DNA of 57,607 nucleotides from an uncultured bacterium (GTDB taxonomy: Bacteria; Bacteroidota; Bacteroidia; Sphingobacteriales; Sphingobacteriaceae): the NCBI GenBank assembly GCA_903951325.1, contig CAJBBN010000088.1:1-57607 (forward strand), written 5' to 3'. This document shows, one piece after another, positions 30,601-39,224 of the stretch. Made by a program: the position numbers and the translations under genes. Under the pieces are notes generated by a model, which was not told where the DNA came from, did not search any database, and saw only the letters and a program-made list of their open reading frames with translations. Each line of letters starts with the position of its first letter. Position 1 is the stretch's first letter.

Positions 30601-30887
30601 CACGCCGTTTAAGTTTTAATGTAGAAACAAGTTATAATGCTGCAGGAAGTTTTAGTTTAACTAGCAAATGCAGCCTTATTAAAAATCGTTATAACGCTGG
30701 CGTAAACAATGCCATCGCTTACGAAATGTTAGATGGATTGCAAATAGGAAATAATTATACTTGGAATTTAGTGTTTCAAAGAAACTTTGGATCCGGTATT
30801 CAATTAAGTATAATATATGATGGCAGGGCATCGGCATCCGCTCCAACAATCAATATTGGAAGTGTGCAAGCAAGAGCGTTTTTTTAA
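27627..30887 (+). CDS. 1086-aa predicted outer-membrane beta-barrel protein of unknown family
   Basis: The ATG is 2 nt after the kinase stop. Signal peptide reads ...TGANAFA. The composition is Asn/Tyr/Ser-rich with amphipathic strands, and the C-terminus is ...GSVQARAFF (a terminal aromatic residue typical of BAM substrates). No TonB-plug, POTRA or OstA motif was recognised. Confidence 0.6.
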   Translation: MHLKGFIVFILLITGANAFARTDQIGPDSTKTSTVPPSFLTKKYFHKDSLSLFQRKAIIADPFLMTTQSASTLALDNGLSKSGSIARAISVGNAQDLGVLSSFNLQLAGKLNNEIDLLAVISDDNIPVQPEGNTQQLQEFDRVFIQVNNTNSKLIAGDFELKSRESYFLNYLKKGKGVLLSTQQNNYDITIGSAIAKGKYFKYEFLGTEGSQGPYKIKGPNNESYLIVMAGTERVYIDGDLLKRGENQDYTIDYNSAEIIFTNRKMITAYSRIIIEFEYSERSYSRTVNIAKANFKLKKIDFTVNYYNEKDNKNINFLQNLSSDQKLFLSSIGDQLDNAFYSSADSTDLNSNQILYQKKDSLGYLIYVYNPKYTGQQYKLVFTELGPYAGNYVLLNNSANGRVYGWVQPISGIPQGNFEPIVKLVTPKQQEQMSIGFSYSPKKNWFVSNEFAFTNRDLNLYSTIGDKDNIGFANKTIIRNQLNLSADTSNSLKLINSFAIELVDKHFNAVENYRPIQFARIYSLIPAIKTNEIWLTYNTKLLKNEQNYLEYKANFLNQQNQYNAIQHVVLGSFLNKDWKLNNNTSLMLSRSQFDFTSTNYFNQKSNVERNFKFINIGLTQELENNQSNFNLIDSLKQNSFAFSDIGIYIKNSNIINKTIQLAYNHRIDKNPYLNDLATSTNANSFNFNAEFNGNKNSMWSVNYLYRKLDVMRSNVNLKNDENNIARIKHEGNFFQGMISSTTFYEIGSGQEPKRAFTFVEVPLGQGIYIYQDYNGNGIKELNEFELAKFSYEANYLKVSLLSTEFVRTKSTSITENILIDPAKYFSADNVFGKVGRLFSNQLTLKIDKKVADAASFDINPFAVNKNDTNLVTYSNAIRNTLYVNRANPAFGLDYTIQLVENKNLLVNGYDNKNKSEHIWQVRAIFLENYLANGVIKYGSKAYQSLNFKEKNYNIDYFEFKPELTCQINYFWRITTAASYATQQNNSILKEQSRRLSFNVETSYNAAGSFSLTSKCSLIKNRYNAGVNNAIAYEMLDGLQIGNNYTWNLVFQRNFGSGIQLSIIYDGRASASAPTINIGSVQARAFF

Positions 30888-30896
30888 TCGCCTTTT

Positions 30897-31811
30897 TTAT
30901 TTCAACTTTAAAATTGTTTTTCCGATCGAAGTGCCGTCTGCGTAAAGTAGAATGGTGTAATCTCCAGGGTTTAAACTAGAGCCCTTGGTCCAGTAAATAC
31001 TATATTCTTGACTTGGGTTATTTTGAAAATCAAAACTTCTTTTTACCGAATATTGTAATGCTTCGCCATTCGCATTAAATTTACTTTCGTTAGCATCTGT
31101 TACTACTTCGGCTTTATTTTCTGGGTTAATAATTCTAATAAAAAAATCTTTATTTCCAGTTGCCGCTACTTGATTATCTGCTAGTGTAAAATTAATTTTA
31201 ATTTTCTCTAAACTTTTTACGCGATCTGTTGCCGATTCTTTTCCATTAGATCTAAATTTAATGCCTGTTGCAATTAAACTTGTTGGCTTTAAAATTTCTG
31301 CTACCGCAACTTTATTTGAAAGCGAAATATTTTTGTTTAACAAATCGCTCGATTTTTTTTGCTCCGATTCTACAGTTTGTTTCAATCCTGAATTTTCATT
31401 CGTTAAATCTTCGTTTTCTTTTTTTAATGCAGCAATTTGTTCTTGATATTTATTAATGTAATAACGCAACTGATCAATCTCATTTTTAGCCTTAGAAAGC
31501 TGTGCTGTACTCATTTTTCCTCTTTTGAGTGCAGCTTGCAATTCCGCAACTTTGCCTTTTAACTCTTCATCTTTCGCAATTAAATTTTGATTAAGTGTAT
31601 CGGCATTTGCAGTAGCAGTATTTAAATCTACTTCTAACTGATCTAATTCAGTTTGTAATTTAGATTTCTCATCGGTTGTTTGCTCGAATTTTGTTTCCGA
31701 TTTATTTTTTTGCAACCAGAGAAAAACATTTGTTGCAATTAACAATGCGATTACCACTAAAAGTACATAAACTTTTTTGGTGTCTTTTTCTGCGTTTGGG
31801 TTATTTTCCAT
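30897..31811 (-). CDS. Membrane-anchored coiled-coil protein with a C-terminal beta-rich domain
   Basis: N-terminal TM segment VYVLLVVIALLIATNVFLWL, then ~140 aa of heptad-like E/K/Q/L-rich sequence, then a ~130-aa beta-type domain. No family was assigned. Confidence 0.6.
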   Translation of the reverse strand: MENNPNAEKDTKKVYVLLVVIALLIATNVFLWLQKNKSETKFEQTTDEKSKLQTELDQLEVDLNTATANADTLNQNLIAKDEELKGKVAELQAALKRGKMSTAQLSKAKNEIDQLRYYINKYQEQIAALKKENEDLTNENSGLKQTVESEQKKSSDLLNKNISLSNKVAVAEILKPTSLIATGIKFRSNGKESATDRVKSLEKIKINFTLADNQVAATGNKDFFIRIINPENKAEVVTDANESKFNANGEALQYSVKRSFDFQNNPSQEYSIYWTKGSSLNPGDYTILLYADGTSIGKTILKLK

Positions 31812-31822
31812 TTTTTTTAAAA

Positions 31823-32086
31823 TTATTTTTTGGCAATTTCATCAACATAGTTTAATCGCAAATCAGATAAAAATTGCGTTAACAATTTTTCTGCATCTAC
31901 ACTAATATTGCCTTTTGTTTTATTTTTTAACATATCAAGCATATCAATTGCTTGTTGGGCCTGCTCTATATTTTTTTCGATAGCATTGGTCATCGGATTC
32001 ATTACTTTTCCTAAACCTTGCATCCCAGTTGAATGAAACAGATAAATTAGCGAGGCAAATAATTGTTCGTCTTTTTCCATATCCAA
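31823..32086 (-). CDS. DUF1844 family small protein
   Basis: 87 aa. The pattern LF..LI..F..S....LG...NP.T.......QA...IDML.ML..KT.GN matches my recollection of DUF1844. Confidence 0.65.
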   Translation of the reverse strand: MDMEKDEQLFASLIYLFHSTGMQGLGKVMNPMTNAIEKNIEQAQQAIDMLDMLKNKTKGNISVDAEKLLTQFLSDLRLNYVDEIAKK

Positions 32087-32105
32087 AATATTTAAACAAA
32101 TATAT

Positions 32106-32133
32106 AAAAAAGGCCGAAATTAATATTTCGGCC
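32106..32133 (-). terminator. Rho-independent terminator of the glutathione peroxidase gene
   Basis: 9-bp stem GGCCGAAAT / ATTTCGGCC with loop TAAT. On the minus strand it is followed by a T6 run (the + strand A-run at 32106-32111). Confidence 0.7.
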
Positions 32134-32170
32134 TATTGTTATAGAAATATGAAAGGAAAGGGGGGGGGTA

Positions 32171-32737
32171 TTATTTTATGCTATTGATAAGCTCCTCGCT
32201 CATTGGTTTGGTAGTAGATGGGAAATATTTGATTAACTCGCCTTGTTCATCTATTAAATATTTATTGAAATTCCAATTGGGTTGCTGACTATTCCATCCG
32301 TTTTCGTCTTTATTAGCTAACCATTTAAACAAATCGCACGCTTTATCTCCTGTTACATCTACCTTTTCGAAAAGCTGAAAACTCACGCCATAATTTTTTT
32401 GACAAAAAGCTGCTATATCATTATTTGATCCTGGTTCTTGCCCACCAAAATTATTTGCTGGAAAGCCCAATACAACCAATTGTTGGCCATATGTTTTGTG
32501 TAAGGCTTCTAGTGCTTCGTATTGTGGCGTAAACCCACATTTAGATGCAGTATTTACGATGAGTACTTTCTTGCCTTTATATATAGCAAAATCAATAAGC
32601 GTTCCGTCTATTGATTTCATTTTAAATGAATATAGGTTAATACTGTTTTTCATTTTTAAATTGGCTGGCTTGCTTTTTACTTGGTTAAAGCCCAAGCAAG
32701 AGGTTAGTAAAGTAAGTAAGGGTATAAATATTTTCAT
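32171..32737 (-). CDS. Glutathione peroxidase (Cys-type), probably a lipoprotein or secreted
   Basis: VNTASKCGFTPQY (catalytic Cys), LGFPANNFGGQEPG and the WNFNKYLID motif. The preferred start is the ATG at 32737 (MKIFIPLLTLLTSCLG signal/lipobox). The track start at 32797 would overlap the upstream gene and add 20 non-signal residues. Confidence 0.85.
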   Translation of the reverse strand: MKIFIPLLTLLTSCLGFNQVKSKPANLKMKNSINLYSFKMKSIDGTLIDFAIYKGKKVLIVNTASKCGFTPQYEALEALHKTYGQQLVVLGFPANNFGGQEPGSNNDIAAFCQKNYGVSFQLFEKVDVTGDKACDLFKWLANKDENGWNSQQPNWNFNKYLIDEQGELIKYFPSTTKPMSEELINSIK

Positions 32738-32783
32738 ACTCATTATAACGATTTTCTTTGCCCTTTGTTTTCTTAAATAGATA

Positions 32784-34517
32784 CTATTCAGATCCATGCG
32801 GTAATCCTTTGTAATTTTTAGACTTTTGTTTCATTTCTAGTTCTATTTTCTCGGAATACCCAATACTTTCTTTACATCCTTTTAAAGTAGACTTCCAAAT
32901 AAGATTGAAAAACCCCTGTTGTGGCTTGCGGGCTAAGTAAAATTGAGGCTGAACGAATTTACCGTAAACACTTGGGTTATCGTTGGACAATAGTATAACA
33001 TTTGCCAAAAAAGAGTACAATTTCTGTTGTTTTAATTGGTTATCGCGGCTATCAATGGCTAATACCTTAACCCTTAAATTTTTATATTTCATTGAAATAT
33101 CCGCATTTACGCCCATTTCGTCGCCTTTCAGTTTAATTTGCAGCTTTTTTAACTTACAATTTGCAATCTCAATTTTGGTAAGGGGCTTTAAAATTGCGTT
33201 TAACTTTGCCAAATTATAAGCGCCCATTTCTCCATTACAATAAAAAGATCTTTTATTATCGGCATAAAATAGCCCCAACGATAAATTAGTTTTGGCTTCG
33301 TTATTGAGTAAAAAATCGAAATCAATTTTTAATAATTTATTTTGATTGATCTCCTTTTTTTCATTGGTAAAATTATTAATCTCGCCCTTTAATTTATTAA
33401 AAGAAACATGCCATTGTAAATTATTTTGTGGTAATAATTCGGAATAATTGATCTCTGAATTGATCACCTTAATTTTATTAATGGTTAAAGGCAAAGCAAT
33501 GTCAAATGGAATTTGTTGTGGAAACTTACGCTCTCTATATGGATTTATTTTAAATATTTTATTTAAATTGATATTACTTTTCATTTTATTTATTTCAAGT
33601 AATTCCGAACGAAAAACTTGACGATAAATAAATTCCTCGAAATCAAATTTTTTGAAAACCAAACTTTTAAAATTAAAGGCATACCTAGTTTTTTGATAGC
33701 CATATTTATCGCAGAAATTTTGTTCCGGTAATTTTGGGTTAATCGCTAAATTATAGACCGAAAAACTCTTAGATGCAGTGCTAGCCGTGCATTCCTCTAT
33801 TTTAAAATTATAAGAGCTATCCTTATTTGTATAGCTAAAATCTCTTATGCTTAGGCCAATATCATTCGCATAAAATGGGTTGTGATTTTTTTGAGAAGCG
33901 GCATCTATCGCAAGATTTTTTACATAAAAATTAGATAGGAAAATAAATTGTCTGTTTTTATTTGTTGCACTATCTATTTGAATACATAAGGTTGTATTTT
34001 TGAAAATGATATCTTTAATATTCAAAGAAATCATGGTGTTTTTAATTAACTCGTATGGATTTTGATATTTGTTTACTGTCGGTTTATTTCTTTTGGCCCG
34101 CAATTCATTATAATAAACTGTTATAATTGGTTTTTCTACATGTAGTTTATTGATATACAATTTTTTGTTAAAATAGTATTGAATGGGGTGCGTATTTTTT
34201 ATTTCTAATTTTTTAATGATAATACTAAATAAATAAAGCGGGGCTTGATTTGTTTGATCAAGTTTTTTGTAAACCGATACATTGGGTTTTAGCCTTAAAC
34301 TGTCAATGCTAAAATTGCCAGTTAGAAAATTGATATGAAGGTCTTTAAATGCTACGCTATATAAATTATTGGTCGACAATTCGATGTTTTTGCGAATGGC
34401 CTGAGCAATAGTTGGTTTCCAATACCATGCAAGTGAAAAGGCAAAAAGAATGATTGCAGTAAAAAATACTGCCAAAAATTGCAATAAAAGACGCCCTGTT
34501 TTTTTGTTAAATTGCAT
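32784..34517 (-). CDS. N-terminally anchored AsmA-like / DUF748-like envelope protein (uncertain family)
   Basis: A single N-terminal TM segment (LLLQFLAVFFTAIILFAFSLAWYW) is followed by ~540 aa of Asn/Lys-rich beta-type sequence. The assignment rests on architecture only. Confidence 0.45.
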   Translation of the reverse strand: MQFNKKTGRLLLQFLAVFFTAIILFAFSLAWYWKPTIAQAIRKNIELSTNNLYSVAFKDLHINFLTGNFSIDSLRLKPNVSVYKKLDQTNQAPLYLFSIIIKKLEIKNTHPIQYYFNKKLYINKLHVEKPIITVYYNELRAKRNKPTVNKYQNPYELIKNTMISLNIKDIIFKNTTLCIQIDSATNKNRQFIFLSNFYVKNLAIDAASQKNHNPFYANDIGLSIRDFSYTNKDSSYNFKIEECTASTASKSFSVYNLAINPKLPEQNFCDKYGYQKTRYAFNFKSLVFKKFDFEEFIYRQVFRSELLEINKMKSNINLNKIFKINPYRERKFPQQIPFDIALPLTINKIKVINSEINYSELLPQNNLQWHVSFNKLKGEINNFTNEKKEINQNKLLKIDFDFLLNNEAKTNLSLGLFYADNKRSFYCNGEMGAYNLAKLNAILKPLTKIEIANCKLKKLQIKLKGDEMGVNADISMKYKNLRVKVLAIDSRDNQLKQQKLYSFLANVILLSNDNPSVYGKFVQPQFYLARKPQQGFFNLIWKSTLKGCKESIGYSEKIELEMKQKSKNYKGLPHGSE

Positions 34518-34611
34518 TAATCTGATCTATAATATACTAATATAGGCTTATTTACTTGTTTTTACCGCAAATTGATAAAAATTAAAAACTGACATTTTTT
34601 CATATTTTTAG

Positions 34612-34619
34612 TATTTTTG
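34612..34619 (+). promoter_or_regulatory. Candidate Bacteroidota -7 promoter box (TAnnTTTG) for the miaB operon
   Basis: TATTTTTG ends 10 nt before the miaB ATG (34630). The same TATTTTTGTA string occurs upstream of prfB. Confidence 0.3.
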
Positions 34620-34629
34620 TATAATAATT

Positions 34630-36054
34630 ATGGAAAGCTTAAAAGGGATATTTCAAAAAGAGCACGATGAGGCTAGGCAAGGTGAGGCAATCATGATCGA
34701 GCCAGCCATTGCGAATGCTTCAGCGAGGAAGTTATATATTGAAAGTTATGGCTGTGCCATGAACTTTGCCGATTCGGAAGTGGTTGCATCAATCATGTTA
34801 GAAATGGGATTTCAAACAACTTCAGATTATAAAGAAGCGGATGTTGTTTTTATCAATACCTGCTCTATTCGAGAAAATGCGGAGCAAAGAATTCGTAAAA
34901 GGTTAACCGATTTTAGGGCGCAAAAAATTGCCAAGCCAAGCACCATTGTTGGTGTTTTAGGTTGCATGGCAGAAAGACTCAAAGCAAAATTTATTGAAGA
35001 AGAAAAATTAGTTGATTTGGTTATTGGTCCAGATGCTTATAGAGATTTACCATTATTATTATCTCAAGCAGATGATGGCCAAAAGGCAATCAATGTATTA
35101 TTATCTAGAGAAGAAACCTACGCAGACATTACGCCACTTAGATTAAATACGAATGGAGTAAATGCTTATGTTTCTATTATGCGTGGTTGTGATAATATGT
35201 GCTCCTTCTGTGTGGTCCCATTTACAAGGGGTAGAGAGCGAAGCAGAAATGTGAATTCGATTATTAAAGAAGTAGCAGATTTATTTTCGAATGGATATCG
35301 CGAAGTAATTTTATTAGGACAAAATGTAGATTCTTATAAATGGTTAGATGAAACTACGCAAGAGCTTACCAACTTCGCCGCTTTATTGGCGCTCGTAGCA
35401 AAGGTAAATCCATTAATGCGTGTTCGATTTTCTACTTCGCATCCAAAAGATATTACCGACGAAGTTTTACAAACCATAGCCGATCATGCTAATATTTGCA
35501 ATTCAATTCATTTGCCCGTTCAATCTGGAAGCACAACTGTTTTAGATCGCATGAATAGAAATTATTCGAGAGAGTGGTATTTAAATAGAATTGATGCGAT
35601 TAGAAGAATTATTCCTGGATGCGCAATTTCAACAGATATTATTACTGGTTTTTGTGGCGAAACAGCCGAGGAATTTAAAGATACTTTAAGCATGATGGCG
35701 CTTGTGAAATTTAATTATGCCTATCAATTCTCTTATTCTGAAAGGCCCGGTACGCCTGCAGCAAAGAAAATGAAGGATGATGTTGATGACGTTACAAAAG
35801 CCGCAAGACTAGATCAAGTGATCGCCTTACAAAGAGGCCATAGTTTGGAAAAATTAAAAGAATTTGTAGGCCAAACGCATGAAGTATTAATTGAAGGCTT
35901 TTCTAAAAAATCTGCAAATGATTTTGCCGGCAAGAACGATCAAAATGCAGTGGTTGTTTTTCCTGTAGTAGATTCATATAAAAAAGGTGATTACGTCCAA
36001 GTACTAATTGAAAGTTGTACATCAGCTACGCTGATTGGAAAAATTGTAAACTAA
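34630..36054 (+). CDS. miaB: tRNA-2-methylthio-N6-dimethylallyladenosine synthase
   Basis: UPF0004 N-domain ([12 protein letters not shown]), radical-SAM motif [11 protein letters not shown] and a C-terminal TRAM domain. Confidence 0.93.
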   Translation: MESLKGIFQKEHDEARQGEAIMIEPAIANASARKLYIESYGCAMNFADSEVVASIMLEMGFQTTSDYKEADVVFINTCSIRENAEQRIRKRLTDFRAQKIAKPSTIVGVLGCMAERLKAKFIEEEKLVDLVIGPDAYRDLPLLLSQADDGQKAINVLLSREETYADITPLRLNTNGVNAYVSIMRGCDNMCSFCVVPFTRGRERSRNVNSIIKEVADLFSNGYREVILLGQNVDSYKWLDETTQELTNFAALLALVAKVNPLMRVRFSTSHPKDITDEVLQTIADHANICNSIHLPVQSGSTTVLDRMNRNYSREWYLNRIDAIRRIIPGCAISTDIITGFCGETAEEFKDTLSMMALVKFNYAYQFSYSERPGTPAAKKMKDDVDDVTKAARLDQVIALQRGHSLEKLKEFVGQTHEVLIEGFSKKSANDFAGKNDQNAVVVFPVVDSYKKGDYVQVLIESCTSATLIGKIVN

Positions 36055-36057
36055 AAA

Positions 36058-37338
36058 ATGGAATTACAAGTAATTAAAAATAGATTTGGAATAATTGGCA
36101 ATTCGCCATTATTGAATAGAGCAATAGACATTGCAACCCAAGTTGCGCCTACCGATATTTCTGTTTTAATTACCGGAGAAAGTGGTAGCGGTAAAGAAGT
36201 TTTTTCGCAAATTATTCATCAATTAAGTGCGCGTAAGCACGGCCCTTTTATTGCGGTTAACTGTGGCGCAATACCAGAGGGCACAATAGATTCGGAGCTT
36301 TTTGGTCACGAAAAAGGTTCATTTACAGGTGCACACGAAGCCAGGAAAGGTTATTTCGAAGTAGTAAACGGGGGCACTATATTTTTAGATGAAGTTGCCG
36401 AGTTACCCATTGGTACGCAAGCACGATTGTTGCGCGTATTAGAAACTGGCGAATATTTACGCGTGGGTTCCTCGAAGGTGCAAAAAACAAATGTTAGAAT
36501 TGTTGCAGCAACAAATGTAAATGTTTACGAAGCCGTACAACGCGGAAAATTTAGAGAAGATTTATATTACCGATTAAATACAGTTCCTTTAAAAGTGCCA
36601 TCACTAAGAGAGCGCAAAGAAGATGTTTATTTATTATTCAGAAAATTCATTTCCGACTTTTCGGTAAAGTACAGAAGCCCGAATATTCAACTAAACGAAG
36701 AAGCCAAAGCCATTCTAGCACATTATACTTGGCCCGGAAATATTAGGCAATTAAAAAATGTGGCAGAACAAATTTCTGTATTGCAAAATGGGCAACAAGA
36801 AATGGATGCCCAAGAGCTGATTAAATATTTACCATTTGAACAACCCATGAGCGGTTTGCCTGCAAAATTAGGCCAGCATGCCGATAATGATTTTTCGGAA
36901 AGAGATATTTTATATAAGGTCTTGTTTGATATGAAAAAAGACCTCACCGATTTAAAAAAGGTGGTCTTAGATTTATTGCAAAATTCTGGCACAGCAAATG
37001 AGTTCATCGCAGACAATACCAATATTATTAATAAACTGGTGCAAGAAATAAATCCAACAAATTTGGAGTACTCAGGTTTTCAAATGCCTATGCAAGTAAG
37101 TCCTGCAAGCCAATCAAATAGCTCGTTTCAGCCAAATAACTTTCATAGCAATCCTTATAAATTAGATGCACCCATAGAAGAGGTCGAAGAAACCTTATCT
37201 TTAGAAGATAAAGAGATTGACTATATTAAAAAAGCGTTAAAGAAGCATAAAGGCAAACGAAAATTGGCCGCACAAGAATTAGGCATATCAGAAAGAACAT
37301 TGTACAGAAAAATTAAAGAATACGATATTAATCTTTAA
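36058..37338 (+). CDS. Sigma-54-dependent transcriptional activator (AAA+ plus Fis-type HTH) lacking a receiver or sensory domain
   Basis: The protein starts directly in the AAA+ domain. Contains Walker A (GESGSGKE), ESELFGHEKGSFTGA (GAFTGA-type loop), Walker B (FLDEV) and a C-terminal HTH (AAQELGISERTLYRKIKEY). Confidence 0.9.
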   Translation: MELQVIKNRFGIIGNSPLLNRAIDIATQVAPTDISVLITGESGSGKEVFSQIIHQLSARKHGPFIAVNCGAIPEGTIDSELFGHEKGSFTGAHEARKGYFEVVNGGTIFLDEVAELPIGTQARLLRVLETGEYLRVGSSKVQKTNVRIVAATNVNVYEAVQRGKFREDLYYRLNTVPLKVPSLRERKEDVYLLFRKFISDFSVKYRSPNIQLNEEAKAILAHYTWPGNIRQLKNVAEQISVLQNGQQEMDAQELIKYLPFEQPMSGLPAKLGQHADNDFSERDILYKVLFDMKKDLTDLKKVVLDLLQNSGTANEFIADNTNIINKLVQEINPTNLEYSGFQMPMQVSPASQSNSSFQPNNFHSNPYKLDAPIEEVEETLSLEDKEIDYIKKALKKHKGKRKLAAQELGISERTLYRKIKEYDINL

Positions 37339-37342
37339 GAAC

Positions 37343-37882
37343 ATGCAGCAACAAAAAATTAATTTTAAAAATAGCTTTATCAACAAGTTAAAATTATTTA
37401 GCCTGTCGATTTTGTTATTGACGATGAGTGCTTGTGGAATTTATTCTTTTACCGGCGCATCTATTTCGCCCGAAACAAAAACAGTTGCTGTATACTTATT
37501 TCAAAATAATTCGAATTTAGTTGTTCCAACATTAAGTCAAACAATTACAGAGTCGTTAAAAGACAGAATTGTTACCCAAACAAATTTACAGTTAACCAGA
37601 AGTACTGCTGATATTGAGTTTGAGGGCAAAATTATCGATTATAGTGTAAGGCCAATGACTGTTCAAGGCAACAATGTTACTTCTCAAAATAGATTAAGTA
37701 TATCTGTAAAAGTAAAATACACCAATAAAAAAGAAGAGGCAAAAAGTTTTGAATATACTTTTACTAGGTATGCCGATTTTCCGGGTACTAAAAACTTGCC
37801 GGATGTAGAAAGCGAATTGATTAAAATAATTAGTACGCAATTAATAGATGATATTTTTAACAAAGCATTTGTAAACTGGTAA
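37343..37882 (+). CDS. lptE: LptE-like lipoprotein (LPS assembly)
   Basis: Lipobox LLTMSAC followed by GIYSFTGASI, the N-terminus I recall for Bacteroidota LptE-family proteins. Sits in the conserved position after the sigma-54 activator. Confidence 0.65.
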   Translation: MQQQKINFKNSFINKLKLFSLSILLLTMSACGIYSFTGASISPETKTVAVYLFQNNSNLVVPTLSQTITESLKDRIVTQTNLQLTRSTADIEFEGKIIDYSVRPMTVQGNNVTSQNRLSISVKVKYTNKKEEAKSFEYTFTRYADFPGTKNLPDVESELIKIISTQLIDDIFNKAFVNW

Positions 37883-37883
37883 T

Positions 37884-38807
37884 ATGGAAAGCGAAAAAAT
37901 TATTTCTTATATAGACCATCCCGAACAAATGGATCAATCGGCCTTGCCAATTTTGCAAGACTTAATCACAAAATATCCTTATTGTCAAACATTTCATTTG
38001 TTAAATGCGAAAGCCCAACATAATACTAATGAAATTATGTTTGATGCAACGCTTCGACAAACTGCGGCATATGCAGCCAATAGAAAAGTCTTATATTATT
38101 TAATTCACCAACACAATGCTACGGTAAGCACTATTCCTGTTATGGTTGAGCAAGCACCAGAAATCGAAACTGAAGTTGAAACTGCAATAACAATACAAGA
38201 CGAAATCATCGCAGATATAGTGCAGGAAACGAGTATTGATCAACCAGAAAATATTTTAGAACTGCAAAACGAGCCATCTGAAATAATTCAAGCAGAAGAA
38301 GGTGCATTTTCATTTACACAATGGCTTCAAAAAAAATCTGGTAAAACTCCTCCGGCAATAGCAGTTCAAAACACAGTAAGCAAAACAAATATTCGTCTCG
38401 ATACTTCAGAAGAAATTAAATCATTAATTCAAGATGAAATTGGGGAGTTAATTTTAGGGAATGTATTTAGTGAGGGATATTTTGCAAGTGACGCTGCTTT
38501 AGCAAAAAAACCAATTGTTGGCAATCAAAAAGAAGTAGCCTTAATCGAAAGCTTTATCCACTCTGGGCATCCAAAAGTGATTATGGTAAATAAAGATGAA
38601 AAGGTGGTGAACTTAGAGAATAAGGCAAGGAAAAGTGCCCTCGACACGCAAATACCTGTCAGCGAAACTTTAGCGGCTATATATGTAAAACAGAAACTTT
38701 TTAACAAAGGAATAGAAGCCTATGTAAAATTAAGTTTGAAATATCCCGAAAAAAAGGCTTACTTTGCTTCCCTTATAGAAGAAATTAAATCAGAGATTAA
38801 CAAATAA
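37884..38807 (+). CDS. Hypothetical protein with an acidic middle region and a TPR-like C-terminus
   Basis: Starts 1 nt after the lptE stop. No signal peptide. The C-terminus reads IEAYVKLSLKYPEKKAYFASLIEEI. Confidence 0.55.
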   Translation: MESEKIISYIDHPEQMDQSALPILQDLITKYPYCQTFHLLNAKAQHNTNEIMFDATLRQTAAYAANRKVLYYLIHQHNATVSTIPVMVEQAPEIETEVETAITIQDEIIADIVQETSIDQPENILELQNEPSEIIQAEEGAFSFTQWLQKKSGKTPPAIAVQNTVSKTNIRLDTSEEIKSLIQDEIGELILGNVFSEGYFASDAALAKKPIVGNQKEVALIESFIHSGHPKVIMVNKDEKVVNLENKARKSALDTQIPVSETLAAIYVKQKLFNKGIEAYVKLSLKYPEKKAYFASLIEEIKSEINK

Positions 38808-38818
38808 AATAGCACAAA

Positions 38819-39175
38819 ATGTATACTTTTTTAATAGTAATTGCCCTAATTATCAGTGTTTTATTAATTTTAGTGGTTTTGGTTCAAAATCCTAAAGGCG
38901 GTGGATTATCCTCTAGCTTTTCATCATCTAATCAAGTAATGGGGGTTAAAAAAACAACCGATTTTCTTGAAAAAGCTACTTGGACACTTGCAATTGCATT
39001 ATTAGTGGTTTGTTTAGTCATTAATATGGTAAAACCAAGCGCAGAAGAAGGTGCTACTGAGCAATCGGCAGTTCAAGAGCAAATTGATAATGCATCAACT
39101 GCACCACAAGCGCCTACAAATATGCCTGCAAATTCAACTTCGGCAGCACCTGCAGCAGCAGACACTACGAAGTAA
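38819..39175 (+). CDS. secG: Preprotein translocase subunit SecG
   Basis: Two TM segments, the signature VLVQNPKGGGLSS.F, and a low-complexity A/P/T tail. Confidence 0.85.
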   Translation: MYTFLIVIALIISVLLILVVLVQNPKGGGLSSSFSSSNQVMGVKKTTDFLEKATWTLAIALLVVCLVINMVKPSAEEGATEQSAVQEQIDNASTAPQAPTNMPANSTSAAPAAADTTK

Positions 39176-39197
39176 TTCAACAAAAATATTTTTAAAA

Positions 39198-39224
39198 ACC
39201 CTCGCAACATGCGGGGGTTTTTTT
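39198..39224 (+). terminator. Rho-independent terminator after secG
   Basis: ACCCTCGC ... GCGGGGGT hairpin (one G-U pair) followed by TTTTTTT. Confidence 0.65.

Noticed and set aside
32738-32797. A longer start for the glutathione peroxidase (track start at 32797).
   Set aside because: It would overlap the upstream gene's stop (32784) and put 20 charged residues in front of an otherwise standard signal/lipobox. The ATG at 32737 is more plausible.
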